64,000 bases of DNA, taken from Klebsormidium nitens (lineage: Eukaryota; Plantae; Klebsormidiophyceae). The position numbers and the translations under genes were made by a program. Positions 13,701-24,500 of this stretch are shown piece after piece. The notes beneath the pieces are model-generated. The model saw only the letters and a program-made list of their open reading frames with translations. It made no database searches and was not told where the DNA came from. How positions within the stretch are numbered: the stretch's first letter is position 1; every line of letters begins with the position of its first letter. The DNA is taken from contig DF237364.1 in assembly GCA_000708835.1 (NCBI GenBank), positions 17,460-81,459 of the forward strand, written 5' to 3'.

Positions 13701-14563
13701 CCGCATGTGCAGCTGTGGCCGGACAGCCTGAGGCCAGCATGCAGGCCGGCGTGAATCTTGACCTCAGTTCCAGCAGATTTATGTGGAACTGGATAACCAA
13801 TTTCAGACTCAAGCATGGAAAGATCAGACAATCGTGGGGGCTTTGCCAAATTTGTGAAAGCCATTAGATTGTCCACTTGATCCGACATCTGTGGGGACCA
13901 CGTAGGACTCCAGCTTTCAAACGTATGGCCTGGATAGGCCCAGACCGCTGCGCGGCCAGCTAGTGTTATGAATTTATAAGTGCAAACCTCTTTGAATTAA
14001 CATCATACAAAGCGCCCGATTCTTGGTGCAGTATATTGGTTAGTTGACAAGGATTCGAGCTCATTCTGATCTACAAGCAATCACAGGCAACCTGGTGTGT
14101 GCTTCATGATCAATTGCATCAAACGACGTTGATCAATAGGGGCTGGGACCTGGCTCGTTGCGTGCGCGCTAATCACGCATGGCCCACCATAAGCGATAAC
14201 AAACATGCTTGGACATGCGCGGTTTCGGCATGGCTGCCCATCATTGAGTGCAAGAAATGTGGCCCAAGCCTGCATATGGCGCCTTTGCCAGAGTCGTCCA
14301 TGCATGCACACAAGAACGTGGTTGACAATACTTTCCATATTGATTGAATGCTGGCGGCCCAAGTCGCACAGATTGGTCACTAGCAGCTACGGTAGATGGA
14401 TTGAGATTTATTGAGCTGTTCAAACTTTGGGACGCGAGGCAAGAAACTCAGACCTTCACGACCAGTCTACACTATTGACCAACATTTTCCACATACCTAT
14501 TCCGAGTTGGTCCAGATTCAAGAACCTGGACGGAAGAGTGATAAGCTACACTTGAGCCTGTAT

Positions 14564-15577
14564 CTACTCACACGACAACCTTCTCTTCTTTGCCGCAAAG
14601 ATCTCCTTTGAGATCGTTAAAAGTTCGCTGTCATCCATGTCCGGGTCGTCCATTGATTCTTGCGCAGCCTGCTTGACCATTATCCTTGCCCTCTCTGTGA
14701 GCCCGTTGAAAACATCTACCCCGCTCGGGAATTCCCACTCCAACACACTCATCGCTGCAGCAAGGGTTGTCATAGGCACAGCTCTCAACAAGCTGCCCAT
14801 CAAGTCCGTGTCGTTGGTGTAGTCAGCAAAAGTTGCCAGCTCTTTGACAGCTGGCGAGGCCCAATCAAGAGTTGCCCCAAGCCCCTTGATAAAGCACTCA
14901 TGGAAGCCCCCGTAGATGCACTCTAACAAGAGAGTGCACGCTTCTTCAGAAAGGTCCACGTCAATTCTTACCTCTCCTCCCTCACTCCAACGCTCTATCC
15001 TCACCCGAAAGAACTCCGACTCTTGAACCAAAACATCTGAATGCGCCCTTTGTACCCCATTCTTGGTGACAAGTACTACGTCAGCTCTCTTTATAGATGC
15101 CTCGTTCCTCAAAAGGGAAATCAAAGGTTTGGGGGCCGGGTCATCTTGTTCCTGCAGGGGTAGCATGCCGCGCCACACGATGGTGACATCACCAAGTCCA
15201 GCCTTTATAGATATGGTGTTGCCTTCTTTCATGCCACCCCAATGCTTGTCCTTCGTATAACTGACGACGGCTGACACGTTGCTAAGTCCCAAAATGCTAA
15301 AGTTCAACTTGCGCCGTCCATAAGCGTCCACCTCGTCAGGGCTTACTACCAACTGAACGGTAGGATACCCTCTGAATCGCACGACCCTGCGCCAAGCAGA
15401 AGGATTCATATTCCCTGGTTGCGAGAGGAATTGCTCGTCAATTGAAACTTTGTAAGGGATAACAACATCACGTATCCTCCTCCAGAAAGGCATCTCCTTG
15501 AAGGGACCCGCAATTGGGTGGGCGTCCTCATCCTGTGCTTTCCGCTTTCCCCTGGCAGCGCTTGTTCCCCCTGCCAT
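14564..15577 (-). CDS. Intronless BTB/POZ-domain protein (337 aa)
   Basis: Uninterrupted ORF from ATG 15577 (MAGGTSAARGKRK). The C-terminal half has BTB motifs ADVVLVT, AHSDVLVQESEFFR and DLSEEACTLLLECIYGG. The N-terminal domain is unassigned. Confidence 0.8.
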   Translation of the reverse strand: MAGGTSAARGKRKAQDEDAHPIAGPFKEMPFWRRIRDVVIPYKVSIDEQFLSQPGNMNPSAWRRVVRFRGYPTVQLVVSPDEVDAYGRRKLNFSILGLSNVSAVVSYTKDKHWGGMKEGNTISIKAGLGDVTIVWRGMLPLQEQDDPAPKPLISLLRNEASIKRADVVLVTKNGVQRAHSDVLVQESEFFRVRIERWSEGGEVRIDVDLSEEACTLLLECIYGGFHECFIKGLGATLDWASPAVKELATFADYTNDTDLMGSLLRAVPMTTLAAAMSVLEWEFPSGVDVFNGLTERARIMVKQAAQESMDDPDMDDSELLTISKEIFAAKKRRLSCE

Positions 15578-15931
15578 CTTCATACTACAAGGGCCCAAGA
15601 AGTGGAAAAGATCACAAACTCAAAGCTGGGATGTGTCCCCTGAGCTCAGCCTGCTGCGCAATCTCTCCCAAGGTGGCACCTTTGCGCCTCTTCGTGCCGC
15701 CGGCGCTGGCCTTGGTCAGGCTGCAATGCATGAACTTGATGAAGTTCCCAGCTCGATGATCATAGATCAGCATGCATGGCCCGAGAGTTGGTTTTCTCTC
15801 CACCGGAAGGATCGAGACTGTTCGATGCCGATAGCTAGGTTTGTAAGTAGCTCCTGAAGACGATCGGACGGTCTAGAGCTGCAAGATTTGGCCGGGTTAA
15901 AGCAGTTGACCTCTTAGGTTTGTAGAGAACG

Positions 15932-15940
15932 AAACCCTAA
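15932..15940 (+). promoter_or_regulatory. Telo-box (AAACCCTAA) in a divergent promoter
   Basis: Exact motif between the head-to-head ATGs at 15577 and 16040. Confidence 0.35.
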
Positions 15941-16039
15941 TTTTGACAGTCGTCACGCGTAGCTCGCGCTCTCACAAAGCTACAAACAACGCCAGAGAGG
16001 GCGCCAGAGCAGAACTTTCCTGGACCAGCATTGAATCAA

Positions 16040-19000
16040 ATGGCGGCGTCCGCAATACGCTCGTCCGTTGTGTGCAGCGCTTTCAAATGCTCACATTCAC
16101 AAGACAGGAAATTCACCGCCAAAGCTCAATCTGAGGGTATTTCATCTTTGTTTTGTCCTCGAAAATGCAATGCAGCGCCGTTCGGGCGCTCAAAACATCG
16201 CCGCAGCAGAAATGATCTCAGGAGGTTGCAGTCGCGACATGCTATGGCAGATGCAAAACACAGACGCATGAGGTTTTCAACGTGTACTGTAAGAGCGGGT
16301 CCCACAGAGGGGCTGGACTTGATTGAAGCAGCGCAAGCTGATTCAGAAGCTGAAGCAGTGAACGCCCTCAAAGAGGCAGCGGTGAGCAGTTCTTGACAAT
16401 AATTGGATTTGTGAATGATTTCAGGACTTCTGTCTCTTTCTATCTTATCCAGACTTTTTACCACCGTCCAAAAGCGGTCTTGCCTGAAGTTAGACAACTT
16501 GGAGATGGCATCCAAGCGGACTTGTGCGGCAGGTTCTCTTTCAGGTGAAAGCACACCCTAGTTCTATGTTGATTGAGCGTCGATTGCCATCCAGAGGATT
16601 CATGCATCGTAGGAGGAGTCATTCACTTTCCAGAAGATGCTGTTACATAACATTATAATGCAGTACATATTTTTGATGGCAGTGCTATTGTGTTTCTTGC
16701 ATGATTGAGACCAAAAAACCATGTGGCTTTTTGCAGGGTATCCTCGCGGGACTTGACGCTGACTTTCTCAAAAACTTACCCCAGGATCTAAAAGCGGATG
16801 TAAGGCACCCCTCTGCTTCATAAGCTAGGGCTTTCTTAAGCCCTCTAGCTGCTGCTGGCCATTGTCCTGTTCTTTCCGCTATGTGGCAGACTTCTATTTT
16901 TCAGTGTTGCATCTTCATGTATGGATCACACTGACGCTATGGCGCTCCATGTCTGTTTGCTCCCTTGTCTATTGTGATAGGCAGTGTTGGGTTCACTAGT
17001 GCCTAATCTTCTCAAATTCTGCTAAGCGGGCCGGCACTGGCCAATCCAATGCAAGTACACAAAGCCAAAAAACTGGCTTCTTATGCAGGCCAAATTCTCT
17101 GGTTTTCAGCTGGCGAATGGCCCCCTCGACAGAGAGGTAAGTGATGTCGACTTTCTGAACACAGGCCTCTTATGGTCTCAGAGTCAGACTGCTGCTAAGA
17201 GAGGAGCTAGTCATCTGAATCTGCCTTGCGTTACATCCGAATTTGCCATGGACTTCTGCTTGGTAGATGGCAGTGGTAGCAAAATCCTGTGGCGATTCCA
17301 GCCCAATGACTGGTTTACATCTGACACGTGTTATCACATCAGATGGTCAGGCGCTCTAGAATATCGGTTCATTGTTCTTCTGAGCCTATTTGACAGTCTG
17401 GCCATGATATCTATCGAAGTATGTGTGCAGACTTTCGTGTTCTGCGGTCTTTTGAACTTTGTTGATCCTACAAGGGATTTCAGCTTGACATAGTCTCCCT
17501 TCCGCCTGCATCACAAGTCCGTAACCTCGAATCGCTCTTCCAACTTCCTTCTAGCCACGGCCTTGATGGATTTCAGACGCCAAGAATTCCGGTTAGAGAC
17601 TCAACTCGCCAGCCCCTAACATCATCACATACGATGCATGACTCTCCTTTTCCCTCTTTGTTACACAGGTTGGCGACTCGGCTGCTGCGGTTCTTGGCGG
17701 TCTGGGTCGCGCTTTTGAATCCCTGGACGCGAAAGCGGCTGCCGCTGCTGCTAGGGGGCTCGCAGATGCTGCTGCGGGCCTCCCCCCGAAAAGCAGCGAA
17801 CGCGCGCGGTTCGGGCGGCGGCTGGCAGCGTTTGCGGGGCCGTTGCGGAGCGGAGACTGTGAAGAGCTGAAACAGGTAAGGAAAGATCTTGTATGTTGCA
17901 CTAGACGGGGCTGCACGGTCGGTGAAGAAGGCAGTGCATGCTACTACACGGGGCGCAATATCACTGAATCGGAGCCCAAACCGGGCATCGAAACCAGAGC
18001 GTCCCACATCAGAAATGTGGCGGAGGAATCGGGGCCAGTTTAAAAGACATGAACCGGTTTGTGAGGATTGGCCCGGTTTTATGAGAACCGGTTCCTTTCT
18101 CCAGTGGACTGGCCTTGAACCGGGGCCCGCTTGCGAATCATTGTCCACTTTCTCGGGGCGAGACGCTTTCCTTTGGCCCCCGTTTTGGCTCCAGTTTGGA
18201 GCCAAGGCATCCCGTGGGGAATTCGTTTCGATCCAGATTCTGGGTTATGGCATAAAAGGAGTTTTGAAGTCTGGTCGCGCAGGTCGTGGTGCGCAGTCCG
18301 CAGCCTCGGTAAAGTAAGTGCGAGCCTGGAAGTTGCTGCATAGGATTGTGCCAGTGGTACTTTTGTGGCGACTAGAATGCGAGTAGCGCCCACATCAGTC
18401 GCTCTCTGACGTCAACTTGGTTGCGCTCCAATACAGCACGGGCCTTTTGAAGAAAACCTCGTTTGGGCAAAGAACGGTTAGGGTCGGAGCAGCCCTTTGA
18501 GCATGCAGTCTCAAAGGGGCGTGTTACTGCGCCTGTTTGTGACGTTGATGGTGACCTGCTCGTCATTCTCTTAAAGGAGGCCGATCGTATGTGCGTCATG
18601 ATAGGAAAATTTAGTGCAACCAAAGGAGATCGGCCCGGCTGTTTGCTGTTACTGCTGGCGGCCGAAATGTACGACATTTCTTAATGTGCTTGGTCATTCC
18701 CGTAGCGCTGCCAGAGGCGGCTGACATCTCAGTATCTTCCAGCTTCAGAGAGTGAGAGCGACTCTACTTAGACCTTCCGTTTTTACTCTTGTTGGATACC
18801 ATCTCCCGCGTCTGACAGAAAGCGACGCCTTTTCTCGAAGTGGACGGGACACAGCATAGTCACAAATATACAGAGGTCCTCGCCCCGGCGTCAGCTTCTT
18901 GTCTTCTGCTCTCGCAGGTTGCCCGGGCGCTTTCTGCTGCTGGAAAGTCGATCGCCGAGGGAGCCGAGGAAAAGCCCGTCACGCCTCCGTCCCCAGAGTC

Positions 19001-20517
19001 GAAAGTGTTGAAGGTCAGCAAATGCGGCTTTACCGTCTGCCTTCTTTTAAGCAAGAATTTCAAGCATCCAGATTTTAATCCGTAACCCTCCTGTCGATCT
19101 ACACGTTCTTGAGCGAAAACCTTGTCTACATAACCCTTTTAGTTCTGAGTTTCAGGGGAATGATGATCTTCAGTGCTTGTTCGTCAGCCTCCACCGAGAA
19201 TACACCGTTACAATCTCGTTTTCTCCTCTCCTTGGACTTTTGGCACCAGCGAGAGCAAAGAGGTGACGTCAGATCCGAAACAACGGAACAGGCGCATGTA
19301 GGAGAAACCCACACGAAAATGTCAAACTTCCTTCTCATGCATTTCCATACGGTCCGCAGTGGAGCAAGATTCATGAGTAGTACTAGCTCCGCTTTGTCAA
19401 TGAGCATCTCGTAACGTATTTGAAAGGTTCGCATCCGGTATTGATCATACTCTAGCAACTTTTGAACGTCCCACTTCTTCATAAAACGTTGCTGTAAGAA
19501 CCTGCCGGGCTTGCAAGACTGCCTAAAGACCTTAGTCTACTCGTGAGTGCCTTATTCAAGGGGATTGTTCCCTTTCGAGGTTACTTAGAAGCCTTTGTTG
19601 CCGTCTGTTCAACACGTAACTTGCTGTCTTTGCAGTTCGGAAACCTGCAAGTCGAACTGACGCGACAGAAAGCGTTCGGAGGTGTCGTGGTAGCCTTTGT
19701 TTTTGGGTGAGCCTTTCAACCTGATTTGCATCTCGAAATTCACTATTGGTGTGTACTCAGTGCGATCGCGGAGTGACAGCTTGCTTGCCTCTCGTTGGAC
19801 AATACCTATACCGCACTGCTTTTCAATTGCCGTTGCCATTTCTCGACTGTTGGGAAAATCCATCACGGTTGGCTGCCTGGCTGGCTGTCCGTTCCACTCG
19901 CGCTGAACGGAACGGATTCCGCTTCCGCAGCTTCTTGTGCGCGCGGCTCACGGCCGGCCTCCAATCGATCGAACCCGACTCCATGCAGTACGCCAACGAC
20001 AGCGCTTCGGCCCTTGCACAGGTGAGAAGTTTTTCTCGCTTCTTGTCTAACCTTCTTGTCTAACCTTCTTTTTGAATCTTATTGCTTAACCTTCTTTCTA
20101 ACCTCCTAACCATTTTTACGATGGTTTCATCGCGGAGTTTGTGAGCCACACCCAATCCAATGGTGTGCTCGAAATTCAAACCCCGTGCTGGTCCAAAGTG
20201 CTCCACTGTCGTTATTGTGCAGCTTGCGGTCAGGAGAATACAGATCTCGGCGCTTGATTGTTGCAGTCCGCAACAGGACATTGTCGATGATTCTCGTACG
20301 AGGAACCCGGTGCATCAGGCTGCTCATATTAAAGAGGGCGGATTCGTCTTCACGTACCATTACATTCTGCTGAAATAGCATCCTCGTTTCCGCGCAGTCG
20401 TTACGGGTTACACTCCTGGCGGCCGGCTGGTCGTGCACTGCAATGTCCGCGTTCTCAGCAGTGGGCCTTCTCGCGCTCGGTTTGCAAATGAAGGGCAAAG
20501 GAGAGGACAGTAGCTAG
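16040..20517 (+). CDS. Conserved green-plant plastid membrane protein of unknown function (8 exons)
   Basis: Exons 16040-16381, 16737-16799, 17089-17136, 17669-17875, 18918-19013, 19636-19706, 19931-20021 and 20398-20517, all GT-AG and in phase. Transit-peptide-like N-terminus. Motifs LPQDLKAD..FQLANGPLDRE, FGNLQVELT and SMQYANDSA, with two C-terminal hydrophobic helices. From memory it resembles the Arabidopsis AT5G37360-type family (not verified). Confidence 0.85.
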
Positions 20518-21564
20518 AACAGAGCTAGTCACAAGATCTTTGTAGAGTAACTGTTGTTGATGTGTCTGCAGTCTACAAGTAGATTGATTCGGCCAGAGTT
20601 TTGGTAGCAAGAGTTCCACACGGCTGGCGCCTTTGTCGCCGGTACTGCTTGCCGGTTACTACAAGAGACACGTGTAAATATCAGACGGCTTGGTTGTGGC
20701 AAACGGTTTGTTGCTCTGAGCGGCAGCGCGCGGCATTCATTGAGAGCACGGCTTGGACCACTGGCGGCCTCATGGCAAAGTACATGTCACCGAACGTCCC
20801 TTAATTAGAACGTATCTCTAAGTCTGGTTGTGTCGAGACATCGTGTCAGGACACTGCGCTTGTTTAGTAGTACGTCACACCGATGATCTTAAGTAGTGAC
20901 TCGGCCGGCGCAACCATCCACGGGATGGAAGAATTGTGAGACCATGATGATAAATGAACTGAGTTTCATCCAATATCGGGATCGAACCTTCTATGGTCAT
21001 TTGAAGCCCGCGGCATCTGCCGTATTAGTACTAATATAAAACCAATAGGGGCGGCACAGCCCCCCGCCACGTGTCAGCCTGTACGTGAGGAAAGTGCTGG
21101 CGGCGCAAGTACCGCTATAGCATATCTACCTTCATCACTGTGCGTCATGCAGCTTATGGCTCCAGCGCACATTACTTGCCGCATGTTTAGCTCGGCCCTG
21201 GGATCGGTTGGGCGAGCTTTTTCGCGACCAACTTGAAATGACGTCGTAATGAAAGCTACAAAGCTATTTCAGCGGCTCAAGACAAGTCGATCGGAAATAA
21301 GACAGTAGGGTACCTGCATGGAAGCGCTGGCAGACAATGAAATCCGTTTGCAGAAAGGTCCGGCGATCGATCTCGCTAGCTCTTGCCGCATCGCAATTTG
21401 TTCGTAACGTACACAGATGAAGTGTGGATGTATCTTCATTACAGTCTTCATTAAACTGGGACGCAATTTGGACTTAAGTACTTGCTTACACCGAACACTG
21501 GGCTTGAAGCCCAAGTGTGGACGAACAACAGCAGCGGGCCATATATTGGCGCTCATGAATTCAG

Positions 21565-24500
21565 TCAGCTGCGTCCGTCGACTACCCGTCCCTTTGGGGC
21601 CTGCTTTTTGTGCGGGTTTGAAGGGGCTATCCGCTGATAGTTCCCTAAACGAGCCGGAAGGTCGCCTGCAGGATGGGTGCCACGTGTCAAGTCAGCTGCT
21701 TAGATACCTTGCGAACACGCATGCTGCGCGCCAGCTTTGGCAACAAAAGAGCCTTCCAAACATAGGAGACCAGCAGTTTGTGGGCTGTAAAAGATCCACG
21801 CCGGTGTATCATAGTACCGTAAAGCATCCACGAGAATCACCGGAATCAGAATTAAGCCTTGTGAGCCAGATCAAAGAAAGGCACCCCGTCACACCCGTTG
21901 AGTGACCATGAATCACTAAACTCCCCTTCGGAACAACTCGCCAAAAAGTACAGTGCCCGGCGTTACTGGCCTTCCTTACGCCGTATGTTCACAAGCTGCT
22001 CCTTGCAAACTACCTTGGCAAACGTCTCCCTGGCTTCATGCTTTGTTTTGATAGGCAACCAGCTTATGCCCTGTTCAAAATGGGCCCACTAGCAGCCATA
22101 ATTTCACATGTGAGAGGGAACAGTATGGGGCAAGAATTGACGAAGAAACCAAAGTGAAACAAACGCACCCCATCTTCGCTGTCTCCGGCCGTTCAGAATT
22201 TTGTCCAGATCGTTGTGCAAGTCGGGGTCGTAGCGCTGTGGCCGGTCGGTCTTGGCACCGAATCTTTTGACGGACGGGAGGGGGCTGGCACGCCGGCGCA
22301 ATACGGACGCCAGAGACGGGCGGTCAAACGGGAGGGGTTCCACCTGCGGAGAGACACTTTGCTTTACTGTGATGTCAACGCAGTTCGGAAGGTCTCGTGG
22401 TGACTGCTGGGACGCGTCTCGTATGGGCGAAGATGACTGCTGGGCCAGAACTTCTGTCGTGGACTTCATCAAGCATCCAGACCGGCAACGATTCGCTTAT
22501 GCGTCAGTTGCCGGAGAGACCACGGTATGGATCACTATTTACCGATTGTTGATCGGCCGCAAAGGCACTTTCAAGTTTAAAAAAGGCAATTGACCCTAGT
22601 TGAACTTGAATCTTTTGCGACCCATCTCTTTCCTTCGTGTGAAGCTTAAAACACCTTCAAACACATGGCGATATGCCCTGAAAGCCTTGATAACCAAGTC
22701 CTGATAAAGAAACGCTCTCTTCGCTCGTCAGTCAAGACGTGCCACGTGTCTCACCAGCGCGAGCGTGTCCCGTATAAGCGCGCCCTTGAGCGCGCAGTCG
22801 AGGGGCGTCCCGGTCTCCATTGACGGGCTCGAGTTAACCTCCACTAACCACGGCCGCTGGGTTTCGTCAACCAACACATCGTAACCAAACAACTCGAAAC
22901 AGTTTCTATTTGCGGGTATGGCTGTCTGCACCGCTTCTAGTGACTGGAGAACCAGCGCTGTTATCCGCCGCCAAAGCCGGTCTACGTTAACCCCGTGGCT
23001 AACCATGAGGGCGAAGGCACGGGTTAGCGAAAACTTGCAGCCGCCGTAGAGGCTTTCAAACGCTTCGCTATGTTGCGCTGGAACTTCCGACTCGGGCGCC
23101 TTGGCTGCTTCGGTTCTTCTACTGCTATGGCTGCCGCTGGCGCAAAGCACTTTCCGCTCTAAGGACGATCCTTTAGAAAGATCAGCCCCGTATCTCCGCG
23201 GATTCGGAACGGAATTTTCTGTATCTATAAGTTCCTGATCTCTGTTTGATCTCCAATCCTTGCATTCAGCCCCGTCAGCTTTTGCGGGCCCTGAACTACA
23301 ACCAGTTATACAGTCCCCTTCCTCAACAGCATCTCCCCCTTTTTCGCCATTTCTGTCCGAAGCTTCCGTTGGGTGGTAGTCAGCAGAGGTGCGGCGACAC
23401 GTGTCGCCGTCAGATTGATACAGCAGGAAGCTGGGCACGTGGTCTCGCTGTTTCTGCACCTCGGTATTGGTCAGGTGAACTAACGGGTCGGTTAGGGACG
23501 CCTCGGTGAGCTCGTAGGGCCTACTGGCGAAGCGCGCAAAGCCCTGCAAGAAGAGGAGACGGACAGGTACTCAGGATTCAAAATAGAATCGGTCGACCGT
23601 TGAAATGAATTAGAAGTGTTGGAGAGACACCCTGCTCTGCACTGTACGGCCAGATTGCGAAGCGCGCGACGCCATGCAAAAGAGCAGTGTTGAAAAACGG
23701 GTCTGACAAGATGCACACGACCTACCAAACGATCCGCAAAGCGGGCGACTTGGTATCAACTCGCAAAAACTTCAAAAGCAGGTTTCTTTATGCAGAAAGG
23801 GTGATTGCCTCCAGAGAAAAAATGACGTCAAACCTGAGGGCGTGCACTGCTCAGGTAACCAGATGAACAAAAGAAGAACAGAGCACGACGAAAAGAAGAA
23901 AAGTGAAGACCTTCCACAAAGCGAGTAGGGCTTCCAACGAGCAAGATGCAACCCTGAAAGAAAAATTTCGCTCACCTCCTGATACAGGAACGCCTCCAGC
24001 GGGTTGAATGACGTCACGAGGACGTAGAGCCGCAGGTCGAACTTGTGGCCGTGCAGCAGCAGCGGATGCTCGACGTACTTCTGGACGACCATGGCCTCGC
24101 CGTACGCCACGTGGCAGATGTCCGACACCAGGAAGATGCCCTCGCCCCGGGAGCGGCCCACCGGTTTCATGATCCACACGTTGGAGCAATCGGGGGAGGC
24201 GGACTGGGGAGCGAGTACGGAACTGGTGTTCAAGCGAAGTCGCAGAAAGAGAGTCCCCGTGGCTATGAGTCGGAAAGGTGACTACACGAGCAAGGGTAAA
24301 ATGAGCAGTAGTGCTGACATACATCAACCATCCTTCAAATCGATGACGGATATGTAAACGTTTCTAGGCATGCTCAGTACCGAGAGGGAATGGATGCACT
24401 GCGTCTGCCTGTTTATCCCCTTCTGAGACCGTTGGACTCGAGGCAACTGCCCAAATCGCTTCGCTCGCGGGACACAAACCTTCCAAGAGAGTGTGCAATC

